A stretch of DNA of 42,540 nt from a virus (taxonomy: Duplodnaviria > Caudoviricetes), in the IMG/VR virus record IMGVR_UViG_3300031953_000040, positions 1-42,540 of that record. The stretch is one strand, 5' to 3'. How positions within the stretch are numbered: the first letter of the stretch is position 1; every line of letters begins with the position of its first letter. Shown here piece by piece: positions 1 through 8,243 of this stretch. Below the pieces are notes generated by a model. That model did no database searches and was not told the DNA's origin. It was given only the letters and a program-made list of their open reading frames with translations. Position numbers and translations under genes: made by a program.

Positions 1-127
1 CCGCGTGAAGGCGCCGAGGGCAGGTCAGCCCAGCAATCAGGGCGAATCAGTACCACCAAATACCGACAACCAGCAGAAGCCCTGGTGATACAGCGGAGGA
101 CCCGGGTTCGATTCCCGGCAGCTCCAC
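1..127 (+). repeat. Terminal direct repeat, left copy (probable assembly overlap)
   Basis: Identical to 42414-42540; 127 is a common maximum assembler k-mer. Confidence 0.9.
75..127 (+). other. ssrA: attP core: 3' fragment of tmRNA (not a full gene)
   Basis: AGAAGCC...AGGACCCGGGTTCGATTCCCGGCAGCTCCAC matches the T-arm/acceptor 3' end of actinobacterial tmRNA; sequence upstream does not resemble the tmRNA body. Confidence 0.85.
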
Positions 128-177
128 AAAGACCAGGTCAGAACGTCTTCCGAGACTAACTGACCTGGTCTTTTTTT
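128..177 (+). terminator. Intrinsic terminator after the att core (would terminate ssrA after integration)
   Basis: AAAGACCAGGTCAG (128-141) pairs with CTGACCTGGTCTTT (160-173); T7 tract at 171-177. Confidence 0.85.
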
Positions 178-1433
178 ATACCCACAAGACGCTTACCGGA
201 CGCTTTCACCATCGCACCATCCAACGCATCCGCTGCCTCCACATGCACCCGACCCCGACCGAAATACACATCCGACGTCATCGACACCTGCGCATGCCCC
301 AACTGATCAGCAGCCACACGCGCCGTCAAACCCTCCTGATCAAGGATCGTCGCCACCGTCTTCCGGAACGAATGCGACGTCACCCAATCCAAACCGAGCG
401 CCGCACGAACCTGACGCCACTGCCGCGCCACCGTATCCGGATCACGCAACGTCCCCGCCGACGACTCGAACAACATCACCCCACGCGCCGGCCGATCGAC
501 GAGCATATCCACCGCGAACGCAGGCAACACCATCTCACGCTTACCCGACTCCGACTTCGGGAACTCCTCCCGCACCAAACCACGACCGGCAATCCGAATG
601 ACCTTCCCCGCGACCCGGACACGACGACCCTCGACATCGATGTCTTCTCCACGCCGCAACCCCATCAATTCGCCGATCCGGACACCAGTCGCAGCGAACA
701 TGACGATCACGTCCGCCAAATCTGCATGCTCACAAAACTCGGCGACCGTCGGCACCCGCTGATGCCTCGTCGTCTTCAAACCCTTCCGGATCTGATACGG
801 CGACAAGATCACCGGACACGGCACCGTCGAGGACCGCACATCCTCCAATATCTGCGCGAGCACCACCGGATCTATCGACTTCGGGCGCTTCTTCCGCTTC
901 CCGATCAGATCCCCGACCTCACGCACCGGGTTCACCTCAGCGGCCCCGAAGCGGACAGCGATCCGAAACATCCCCGTGAGGATCGTCCGCGCCTTCTTGC
1001 CGGTGGCGACACCGGAGCGGGCCGCGACCTCCTGGATGAATGTGTCGAGGCGCTGGGTGGTGGCTTCCCGGATCGACAGGTTCCCGAGACCAGCGACGAT
1101 CCGTTGGCCCATCGGATCGTACGATTCGAACGTCAGCGCAGCCCGATTCTTCGCAACCAGGTCCTCGCGATATTTCGTCCATAGAACCGACACTTTCGAC
1201 GACGCCGTGATGTCACCACCTGATGCCGCTGTCCGCTCCGTCAATGCTTCGACGAGTGCTCGTTCCGCTGCAGCCCCTGTCTTGTCCTTCACCCCATCCG
1301 GTGTGTAGCGGAGCATCCGCCGTGTCACCCCGTCAGCGTCGCGGACACGACACAATGCTTGCCAGCGGCCATCCGGCAACTGCGTACGACTGATTTTCCC
1401 GTGCGCACCCACAGGCAACGAAGGGCGAGGCAT
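156..1433 (-). CDS. int: Tyrosine integrase
   Basis: Catalytic set R (TGVRIGE), K (PKS), HSFR, LGH and Y (SDVY); N-terminal arm-binding region; adjacent to att. Confidence 0.95.
   Translation of the reverse strand: MPRPSLPVGAHGKISRTQLPDGRWQALCRVRDADGVTRRMLRYTPDGVKDKTGAAAERALVEALTERTAASGGDITASSKVSVLWTKYREDLVAKNRAALTFESYDPMGQRIVAGLGNLSIREATTQRLDTFIQEVAARSGVATGKKARTILTGMFRIAVRFGAAEVNPVREVGDLIGKRKKRPKSIDPVVLAQILEDVRSSTVPCPVILSPYQIRKGLKTTRHQRVPTVAEFCEHADLADVIVMFAATGVRIGELMGLRRGEDIDVEGRRVRVAGKVIRIAGRGLVREEFPKSESGKREMVLPAFAVDMLVDRPARGVMLFESSAGTLRDPDTVARQWRQVRAALGLDWVTSHSFRKTVATILDQEGLTARVAADQLGHAQVSMTSDVYFGRGRVHVEAADALDGAMVKASGKRLVGIKKDQVS
187..206 (+). promoter_or_regulatory. Putative integrase arm-type binding sites (P' arm)
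   Basis: AGACGCTTACCGGACGCTTT, 11-bp tandem GACGYTT; 16/20 match to 42354-42373 on the other side of the core. Confidence 0.6.
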
Positions 1434-1915
1434 CAGGATTCGGCTAGCTCGCCAACAGTGATCGTGTACCGGTCAGCGTCAATGGGCGTCACGGTACAAC
1501 CAAACACTGTACGGACCGTGGCCCCAAAAGTGTTCTGTGAGTCAACGACCCCACGAACATCGAATGTGCCGGACTCTTTGCGTGCTGTCGTGTCAGGAAA
1601 GTCAGCGGTAGATGGCGACTTCAGCCTGTCGCGAACCGCATCTTCGCAGGCAATCTCGGCAGCGAAAGACGAGAACTCGCGGGGCTTGTCAGGCGCACGT
1701 GGAGCATCGTCGCTATCGTCACCGGAAAACATAGACCACATCACCACACCGGCTACTGCAGCGACGCCAACACCGAGAATTGAAAGATACCCGTTCTTCT
1801 TCTCACTGCGAGGTGCTTCAGGGGCCTGCTGCAACGCTGATGTCCACTGCCTGCCATCCCACCACCGCAACTGTCCGGAACCCTCCGGATCTAGATGCCA
1901 ACCTGGCTGACTCAT
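1433..1915 (-). CDS. DUF2510-type membrane protein (candidate superinfection exclusion)
   Basis: N-terminal PGWHLDPEGSGQLRWWDGRQWT motif, one TM helix and an extracytoplasmic Cys-paired domain; TGATG-coupled to int. Confidence 0.75.
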   Translation of the reverse strand: MSQPGWHLDPEGSGQLRWWDGRQWTSALQQAPEAPRSEKKNGYLSILGVGVAAVAGVVMWSMFSGDDSDDAPRAPDKPREFSSFAAEIACEDAVRDRLKSPSTADFPDTTARKESGTFDVRGVVDSQNTFGATVRTVFGCTVTPIDADRYTITVGELAES

Positions 1916-2091
1916 AGCTCCCCCTCTTCCTTCATATTCTTGTACTTTCGCAGGCTGTAGACCGGCGCTGTCGGCTTCTTGTTCCCTTGGCGTTTCGCGA
2001 GTAGTTGTTCGATGACGACGAGGATCAGTCCACGTTCGGACGAGGTAAGCCTGTTCGCGATCTCGGGCAGAATGAAAGGTTCGTCTACCAT
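1912..2091 (-). CDS. 59-aa hypothetical protein (MVDEPFILPEIANRLTSSERGLILVVIEQLL...)
   Basis: Read manually; fills the gap and overlaps both neighbours (ATGA with the DUF2510 gene). Confidence 0.6.
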   Translation of the reverse strand: MVDEPFILPEIANRLTSSERGLILVVIEQLLAKRQGNKKPTAPVYSLRKYKNMKEEGEL

Positions 2092-2516
2092 CCGTCGTCC
2101 AAGCTGTTTTCGAGTTCAGCGACTTCGATCGGGTCGAGAGCGTTCATCCGGCATTCCACCATCCGCTCCGTAGTCCACAGTGCATCCGCCAGCTCGGCTG
2201 GCTGCGATGACCACCGCAGCGCGTCGATGAGCTTCGGCAAAGGAATCAGCCTGCGCGCCGCCAACCGGTCGACGATGCGCTCTTCCCTCCGCGTGTACAT
2301 CGAGTGCCTCGGCTGCGGCACGATGCCGCGTTCGAAGTGCAGGATCTCGTGAGAGAGGGTGGTTCGGCGGCCCGCCTGGTCGAGGGTCTTGCACAACCAG
2401 ATCCGGTTCCCTTGAGCGAGCCCGCGCACGCCGGACTCAAGCTCGTAGCTGGTGCAGATGATGATGTGGGGGAACCGTTCACCTACGTACTCCCAGGGGT
2501 GCCAGTCGACGTCCAT
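2085..2516 (-). CDS. ImmA/IrrE-like metallopeptidase (anti-repressor protease)
   Basis: RTTLSHEILH (HExxH) followed by EERIVDRLAARRLIP; directly downstream of the repressor; start uncertain. Confidence 0.85.
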   Translation of the reverse strand: MDVDWHPWEYVGERFPHIIICTSYELESGVRGLAQGNRIWLCKTLDQAGRRTTLSHEILHFERGIVPQPRHSMYTRREERIVDRLAARRLIPLPKLIDALRWSSQPAELADALWTTERMVECRMNALDPIEVAELENSLDDGW

Positions 2517-2577
2517 GGGGAGTGAATCTACGGCGCCGGTATGACACGTTCTGTCCGGAATGTGAGTTACATCAGTG

Positions 2578-3021
2578 TCATTCGTCATCGGCATCTGCCG
2601 CGACACCATGCGCGTCGATCGAGGGCGGCGGGACAGAAGAGTCACCCCAGCGGCCCTGGAGCACAGTCGCGTCGACGGTGGTGGTGCCTTCGCCCGACGC
2701 TTCGATCGATGTTCGATAGCCGAGTCGGGAACTGATCTCACGTAGTAGCTCGGCCGTGTCGATGGCTTGGATGTCCGCGGGGAGCCTGGTGTTTTGTAGG
2801 TCGTCTTCGTTGATGTATTCGGCAGCGACGAGCGCTTCGGCTACGGACACGTTCAGGGCGGTGGCGGTGCGTCGGACGCTGTCAAGTTTCGGCTGCCCCG
2901 TCTTGTCGGCGAGCCAGTTCGAAACGATCGACTTGTTGTAGCCCGCCGCCGCCGCAAGCGTGGTCTGGTCGACGCTGTTGGCTGCCATCTGTCGGTGTAG
3001 CCATTCACTCCATTTGGACAT
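2578..3021 (-). CDS. XRE-family immunity repressor
   Basis: HTH QTTLAAAAGYNKSIVSNWL; divergent from cro; likely leaderless start at 3021. Confidence 0.85.
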   Translation of the reverse strand: MSKWSEWLHRQMAANSVDQTTLAAAAGYNKSIVSNWLADKTGQPKLDSVRRTATALNVSVAEALVAAEYINEDDLQNTRLPADIQAIDTAELLREISSRLGYRTSIEASGEGTTTVDATVLQGRWGDSSVPPPSIDAHGVAADADDE

Positions 3022-3027
3022 ATCCGC

Positions 3028-3056
3028 AGCGTATCGGTTGCTTGGGTTGCATCCAA
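3028..3056 (-). promoter_or_regulatory. Putative repressor promoter (leaderless transcript)
   Basis: Minus strand TTGGAT-17 nt-TACGCT-6 nt-ATG. Confidence 0.55.
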
Positions 3057-3058
3057 TC

Positions 3059-3076
3059 GGTTGCATCAGTGCAACC
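3059..3076. promoter_or_regulatory. Operator palindrome GGTTGC-N6-GCAACC
   Basis: GGTTGCATCAGTGCAACC in the repressor/cro intergenic region. Confidence 0.75.
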
Positions 3077-3178
3077 GTAGGCGCAACGGAATTACAAGTC
3101 TGTCGTTCAGCAGCTAGATGCGTCCTGACCTCAATTAATGGTGTTCTGCGATTTACGCAAAATTGCTCCATGCATCAG

Positions 3179-3223
3179 GGTTGCGCCGATGCAACCAGGT
3201 CTGTATGTTGAGACGCAGCAACC
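3179..3223 (+). promoter_or_regulatory. Early lytic promoter with two operators
   Basis: GGTTGCGCCGATGCAACC (3179-3196) overlaps -35 TTGCGC; 17-nt spacer; -10 TATGTT (3204-3209); degenerate operator TGTTGAGACGCAGCAACC (3206-3223). Confidence 0.7.
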
Positions 3224-3255
3224 CACTCGGGTTGACGCAACCGAACGGAGACCTG

Positions 3256-3498
3256 ATGACGCGAGGATTCGCGATCAAGAGAGGCCGCTTCATCCGTGAA
3301 ATGAAGCGTCGAAACATCCCGGACGCAGCCGCACTCGCCCGCACCGTCGGCGTCCACAAGACCACCGCATGGCGCGTCCTCAACGGCCAGTCCCGGCCCG
3401 GACCTGACTTCGTCAACCGCGTCCTCGACGCCTGGGGCATGGAGTTCCACGACCTGTTCGACGACCCGCGGACCAAACGCTCCCGCACCGCGGCATGA
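3256..3498 (+). CDS. Cro-like HTH protein
   Basis: AALARTVGVHKTTAWRVLNG HTH; GGAG RBS; first rightward gene. Confidence 0.85.
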   Translation: MTRGFAIKRGRFIREMKRRNIPDAAALARTVGVHKTTAWRVLNGQSRPGPDFVNRVLDAWGMEFHDLFDDPRTKRSRTAA

Positions 3499-3566
3499 CG
3501 ACACGAAAAAGCCCGCCCCTCTGCAAAGGGACGGGCAACGCACCCACCAACCGGAAGGAAAAGCAG

Positions 3567-3860
3567 ATGCACACCGATTCTACCTTGAACTCGGACGAAC
3601 TTTTCGAACTCATCCAGGACTTCTTCAGCTTTTACGACATCGAGTTACTCGTGTCGTCGTACGCCTCCGATTTCGGACACCACTACACGGCGCACCTGGA
3701 TAGCCGCTTCGAGCATCCAGAGATCGTGATCAACACGAACCGAGAAGGTACCGAAATGGTCGTCCTACGTGGCGAGGGTGACACTCCCCGTGATGCTCTC
3801 GCACGACTGCTGGAACTACTCCGCGAAGCAGCACCGCGATTCGAGCAGGTGCCGGCATGA
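3567..3860 (+). CDS. Hypothetical protein
   Basis: AAGGA RBS; ATGA coupling with next gene. Confidence 0.65.
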   Translation: MHTDSTLNSDELFELIQDFFSFYDIELLVSSYASDFGHHYTAHLDSRFEHPEIVINTNREGTEMVVLRGEGDTPRDALARLLELLREAAPRFEQVPA

Positions 3861-4135
3861 GCGGGCAGACACTCATGGTCGACGGGCAGACCGTCACCAA
3901 CATGGAACGTCTCGGCTGGATCGACGGCGCATCCCGGTGGGTCCTGGACCTCGCGGACGGCACAAGGATTCTCGCCACATCCACCGAAGTCACCATCTGG
4001 GTCCGCAACAGTACCGACCCGGTACCGCGGCCGAAAGAACTGTCCCTCGGCGTCATGTGCGCTATCGGCGGTGCAACGTGCCTCGCAGTGCTCACCCTCG
4101 GCGTCATGTGGCTCGCGAGAGTGGGCCTGATATGA
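3857..4135 (+). CDS. Hypothetical protein with C-terminal TM helix
   Basis: ATGA overlaps at both ends; hydrophobic C-terminus. Confidence 0.65.
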   Translation: MSGQTLMVDGQTVTNMERLGWIDGASRWVLDLADGTRILATSTEVTIWVRNSTDPVPRPKELSLGVMCAIGGATCLAVLTLGVMWLARVGLI

Positions 4136-4368
4136 GCATCGCACTTGTGTTGCATGACAAGCGGTTCGAGAACGAAGACGAACTGTGCACCAACTGCGGC
4201 TACGAACTGATCGTCCACGACCAGTGGCCTGAACCGTTCTGCCCCGACGGCTGTGACTGCGTCTACATCGACGACGCAGGCGACCTCGTCAACGACAACG
4301 GACACCCACCCACCTGCGAATGCCCTTCGCTCTGCAACCCCGACTACTACCACGACCAAGGCAGGTAA
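4132..4368 (+). CDS. Small acidic Cys-rich protein
   Basis: MSIALVLHDKRF... with CxxC, CxxxCxC and CxCxxxC motifs; ATGA-coupled. Confidence 0.65.
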   Translation: MSIALVLHDKRFENEDELCTNCGYELIVHDQWPEPFCPDGCDCVYIDDAGDLVNDNGHPPTCECPSLCNPDYYHDQGR

Positions 4369-4370
4369 CC

Positions 4371-5192
4371 ATGACCGCAACACTGCTCGAACTCCCAGAC
4401 ATCATGCAGGGCACCGACGAATGGCACGACCAACGCCGCGGCATACCCACCGCCTCCGTCGTCGACAGCCTCGTCACCACCCGCAGGCTCACCGGCATCG
4501 ACTACGCCTGCCCTGCATGTGCCGCACCCGCAGCAGAACTGTGCCGGAGCAAGACGAAGGCGGGCGCAACGATCAAGACGCTGCACCCGGAGCGCGCCGA
4601 GGCAGCCCGAAACGGCTCATCGAACATTGTGTTCGAGACCGCCAGCAACGACACATCACGCGCCATCACAATGCTTCTCGTCGCCGAACGCATCACCGGA
4701 TGGACCGAGGACTCTTTCCTCAGCGACGACATGATGCGCGGCATCGAAGACGAACCGCGAGCACGCGACAAGTACTCGAAGCACTACGCGCCGGTCAGAG
4801 AAACCGGGTTCATGATCCGGCAGGACGGTGGCACGAAGCTCGGCTACTCACCGGACGGTCTCGTCGGCGACGACGGACTGATCGAGATCAAATCCCGGAC
4901 TCCGAAAAACCACCTGTCCACCATCCTCGCGGGGCACCCACCCGCTGACAACATGGCGCAGCTCCAAACCGGACTGCTCGTTTCAGACCGCAAATGGATC
5001 GACTACGTCTCCTACTGCGGAGGAATGCCGCTGTGGATCAAACGCGTCTACCCAGATCTGCGCTGGTTCGACGCCATCCTCACCGCAGTCTCCGCATTCG
5101 AACGCAACGCCGCCGAAATGATCCGTCTCTACCAAGAGTCGGTCGCTGGATTCCCCACCACCACCCGCGAACTCACTGAAATGAGCTTCTGA
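4371..5192 (+). CDS. YqaJ/lambda-exonuclease family recombination nuclease
   Basis: QGTDEWHDQRRGIPTAS, GYSPDGLV, IEIKS and QLQTGL motifs; contains a zinc-finger insertion. Confidence 0.9.
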   Translation: MTATLLELPDIMQGTDEWHDQRRGIPTASVVDSLVTTRRLTGIDYACPACAAPAAELCRSKTKAGATIKTLHPERAEAARNGSSNIVFETASNDTSRAITMLLVAERITGWTEDSFLSDDMMRGIEDEPRARDKYSKHYAPVRETGFMIRQDGGTKLGYSPDGLVGDDGLIEIKSRTPKNHLSTILAGHPPADNMAQLQTGLLVSDRKWIDYVSYCGGMPLWIKRVYPDLRWFDAILTAVSAFERNAAEMIRLYQESVAGFPTTTRELTEMSF

Positions 5193-5193
5193 C

Positions 5194-5826
5194 ATGGACA
5201 TCACAGACGCAGCAGCACCAAAATCCGACCAGATCAACGCCGACGACCTCATGTCCGGACCCCGAGTCGTCACCATCACCGAGACACGCAAGGGCAACGC
5301 CGAGCAGCCCGTCGAGATCGTCACCGCCGAATTCGGCGGAGGACGCCCATACCGACCCGGCAAGTCCATGATCCGCGTGCTCATCAACGCGTGGGGCGCC
5401 GAGGCCCGCAGCTACGTCGGTCGACGCATGACCATTTACCGCGACCCCGAGATCGCATTCGGTGGCGAGAAGGTCGGCGGCATCCGCATCTCCCACATGT
5501 CCCACATCGACAAGAAACTGACACTCGCGCTCACGGTCACGCGGGGGCGCCGTAAGCCGTACATTGTGCAGCCGCTACCCGATGCGCCACCCGTCATCAC
5601 TGATGAGCAGGCAGACGAGATGGCATCCACCATCAAGCAGGCAGCGAACAAGGACGAGCTGGACGCGATTGTCGCGCAGCTGAAAACGTTCAATCTAGGC
5701 GTTCACCGTGGGCCGCTGCTCGAACTGTGGAAAGCGCGGCTCGCCGACGTCACCACCGAAGCGCAGCAGGACGACGTCGAATCTGGTGCGCAGACCAGCC
5801 TAGCCGAAGAGGGGGCGGTCGCGTGA
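5194..5826 (+). CDS. Putative ssDNA annealing/binding partner of the exonuclease
   Basis: Sits in the usual recombinase slot after the exonuclease; PKSDQINADDL...GGIRISHMS; no RecT/Erf motif recognised. Confidence 0.5.
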   Translation: MDITDAAAPKSDQINADDLMSGPRVVTITETRKGNAEQPVEIVTAEFGGGRPYRPGKSMIRVLINAWGAEARSYVGRRMTIYRDPEIAFGGEKVGGIRISHMSHIDKKLTLALTVTRGRRKPYIVQPLPDAPPVITDEQADEMASTIKQAANKDELDAIVAQLKTFNLGVHRGPLLELWKARLADVTTEAQQDDVESGAQTSLAEEGAVA

Positions 5827-6218
5827 GCTTGACGAAGTCGCATCCCGGACGGACGAATTCAAACTGGCGCGGGGGCAAAACGAGTCACCCGCTGTACTGG
5901 ATCTACAACGACATGGTTCGGCGATGCTCGAATCCCGGCCATAAACGGTGGGGGAGTTACGGCGGACGAGGCATCACTGTCTGCGATCAATGGCGCCAAG
6001 ACTTCTGGAGCTTCGTCGCAGATATGGGTGATCGACCCGAGGGCAGCGTGAACGGCCGTGCGCTCTACAGCCTCGATCGAGTCGACAACAACGGTCCATA
6101 TACGCCCCAGAACTGCCGCTGGGCGACAGCTTCCCAGCAGTCGAAGAACCGACGAGACCTGGCGTACCGCGGGCTCACCCGCGACGCGGAAACCGGCCAG
6201 TGGAGGGCTGCATCATGA
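5823..6218 (+). CDS. HNH-type (homing-like) endonuclease
   Basis: MVRRC...YGGRGITVC...SLDRVDNNGPYTPQNCRWAT signature. Confidence 0.8.
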   Translation: MSLTKSHPGRTNSNWRGGKTSHPLYWIYNDMVRRCSNPGHKRWGSYGGRGITVCDQWRQDFWSFVADMGDRPEGSVNGRALYSLDRVDNNGPYTPQNCRWATASQQSKNRRDLAYRGLTRDAETGQWRAAS

Positions 6219-6907
6219 CCTGGACCGATATGCCGTTGGCTGCATTTGATATCGAATCAACTGGCCCGAATCCGATGTTCACGCGCATCGTGACGGCGTG
6301 TGTCGCCCGGATCGACGGGAAGGACACGAACGCCCGGAACTGGCTGCTCTATCCGGAGATGGACATCCCCGAAGGCGCAACGAAAGTGCACGGCGTCACC
6401 ACCCAACACGCGAAAGAACACGGCCAGGAATACGCCGACGGCTACAACGAGATCCGGGAAGCCCTCACCACCGCGTGGGCGGAAGGCCGAATCATCTGCG
6501 CGTACAACGCATCCTTCGACTTCACCGTCATCGACCGCGAGGGCCGACGCCTCGGCTACGAACCACTCGTCGCTGGCCCGATCTTCGACCCCTTCGTCAT
6601 CGACCGCGCCATCGACAAATACCGCAAAGGGAAACGCACCCTCGGTGTCACCTGCGAGTACTACGGCATCGGACTCGACAACGCACACACCGCCGACGCC
6701 GACGCGCTCGCAGCGGCCCGCCTGGCGTGGGTTCTCGGCCGACGCAACAGCGGTCTCGCACAGCTCAGCATAGAAGAACTCATGGCACAGCAAGCCGACT
6801 GGCACCACCAACGCCAAACCGATTTCGCCAACTACCTCCGCCGCGAAGGCAAAGACGCATCAGACGTCAACGCCGACTGGCCCATCCGAATCGAAGGTGC
6901 AGCATGA
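6215..6907 (+). CDS. DnaQ-like DEDDh 3'-5' exonuclease
   Basis: FDIESTG (ExoI), YNASFD (ExoII), AHTADAD (ExoIII). Confidence 0.9.
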   Translation: MTWTDMPLAAFDIESTGPNPMFTRIVTACVARIDGKDTNARNWLLYPEMDIPEGATKVHGVTTQHAKEHGQEYADGYNEIREALTTAWAEGRIICAYNASFDFTVIDREGRRLGYEPLVAGPIFDPFVIDRAIDKYRKGKRTLGVTCEYYGIGLDNAHTADADALAAARLAWVLGRRNSGLAQLSIEELMAQQADWHHQRQTDFANYLRREGKDASDVNADWPIRIEGAA

Positions 6908-7098
6908 ATCCCCGCCTGATGGACATCCACGAGCTCGCGCAGACGATCGGTGTCGCCGAATCCACCATCAAAAACAACCGACACTCACACCCCCTGTACC
7001 GGAAGGCAATCAAACTGGGTGCCGCCAACTCACCCCTCAAATGGCGACGAACCGACGTCGACAACTACATCGACCAACTGGTGGGTGAGACCGCATGA
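6904..7098 (+). CDS. AlpA/excisionase-like HTH protein
   Basis: MNPRLMDIHELAQTIGVAESTI...KWRRTDVDNYI pattern. Confidence 0.7.
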   Translation: MNPRLMDIHELAQTIGVAESTIKNNRHSHPLYRKAIKLGAANSPLKWRRTDVDNYIDQLVGETA

Positions 7099-7430
7099 GC
7101 CGACCGAGAAGCATCAACCTACCCACAGTCGCCCCCGCAGCAACAGCCGCCGAGCTCGCCTGGGAACGAGACGCAGCCTGCCGAGACCACGACCCGGACC
7201 TGTTCTTCCCCGAATGGGGCGGCAACGGTGGAGTAGCCCAACGCAACCGCGCCATCGCCATCTGCGCTAGATGCCCCATCCACGCCGTCATCGGATGCGC
7301 CCGTAAAGCCCTATCCACCCACACCGACTACGGCGTATGGGCAGGCGAACACTTCGGCACCACCGCGAAAACCAGAGAGATTGCACGCGCAAACCTCGCA
7401 GCCATCGCAGGAATACCGGAGGCGAACTGA
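7095..7430 (+). CDS. whiB: WhiB-family Fe-S transcription factor
   Basis: AAC...DPDLFFP, CARC, C and GVWAG motifs. Confidence 0.9.
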   Translation: MSRPRSINLPTVAPAATAAELAWERDAACRDHDPDLFFPEWGGNGGVAQRNRAIAICARCPIHAVIGCARKALSTHTDYGVWAGEHFGTTAKTREIARANLAAIAGIPEAN

Positions 7431-7433
7431 CCT

Positions 7434-8243
7434 ATGGAGCGTGTGTGGCTCGCGACGACGTACTACATGGACCCCGCTGTGGAAGCACTCTCACCCAACG
7501 CGGAACGGCTCATGACGCGCGCCATCGCCTACTGCGGAAACTCCGAAAGTAGCGGCTACATCACCGCAAAAGCTCTGAAAAACCTGGGAATTCCTGCCGC
7601 AAAAGCGAGAACTTTAGAGCTACTTTCTGCCCGCATTTTGGTGGAAACCGGTTGCGTCGATTTGTACCAGTTTCGGTCCTGGGATCGCTGGCAGAAAGAA
7701 GGAAACGCCCTGGTCAAACGCAAGAAGAACGATGCGGAACGTCAAGCGCGACACCGGGAACAGCAGAGAAAACAGGACCAAATGTCACGTGACACGTCAC
7801 GTGATGTCACGCCCCTAGAGAAGAGAAGAGAAGAAGAGAACTCTAAAGAGTTCTCCAGTAGCACTCACCTAAGTACCGCGCGAGACGAGCAACCACGCGG
7901 CCCTGCTGTCCCCGTCAACGCCTGGAAACTCGTCCGAGACGTCATCCCCAACGAACACCCCCAAGCCGTCAAAACCGACCTCGCACTCCGGGCCTCCGCA
8001 CTCATGAACGCCGGCACCGCCGAAGGCACCGTCCGGGCCGCACTCGAACTGTGGATCACCAAACCGAACCTCGGACCCGCAGTCCTCCCGAGCCTCGTCT
8101 CGGAAGTCATCAAAACCGCGGCACCCATCCACGCCGTACCCAACGGCGCCCACAACCTCGGACCCGCATCACAAAAGGCCGCTGGATGGCTCGCAGTCGG
8201 ACAAAACCTCACCAACCCACACCGACCCAAGGAACTCGAATGA
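7434..8243 (+). CDS. Putative replication initiator protein
   Basis: N-terminal wHTH-like region, charged AERQARHRE linker, internal iteron-like repeats; position before a loader-like gene. Confidence 0.6.
   Translation: MERVWLATTYYMDPAVEALSPNAERLMTRAIAYCGNSESSGYITAKALKNLGIPAAKARTLELLSARILVETGCVDLYQFRSWDRWQKEGNALVKRKKNDAERQARHREQQRKQDQMSRDTSRDVTPLEKRREEENSKEFSSSTHLSTARDEQPRGPAVPVNAWKLVRDVIPNEHPQAVKTDLALRASALMNAGTAEGTVRAALELWITKPNLGPAVLPSLVSEVIKTAAPIHAVPNGAHNLGPASQKAAGWLAVGQNLTNPHRPKELE
7783..7855. other. Putative replication origin (iterons, purine tract, hairpin)
   Basis: GTCACG at 7784, 7796 and 7806 (two within TCACGTGA palindromes), AG-rich run, and GAGAACTC-TAAA-GAGTTCTC at 7836-7855. 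Confidence 0.5.

Noticed and set aside
1-127. 127-bp repeats as attL/attR or physical terminal repeats
   Set aside because: The repeat includes non-tmRNA phage-arm sequence at both ends and equals a standard k-mer length; a circular overlap is the simpler explanation
75-130. Complete tRNA or tmRNA gene
   Set aside because: Only the 3' T-arm/acceptor portion is present; no 5' half or tag reading frame
243-1184. Long shadow ORFs (also 22326-23237, 28682-29749, 30504-31652, 39889-40881, 41247-42266)
   Set aside because: Antisense or off-frame ORFs expected at high GC; they have low-complexity R/P/H translations and overlap well-supported genes
156-3021. Integration-dependent immunity (attP inside the repressor gene with an ssrA-like tag)
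   Set aside because: attP is downstream of int, far from the repressor, and neither protein ends in an obvious degradation tag
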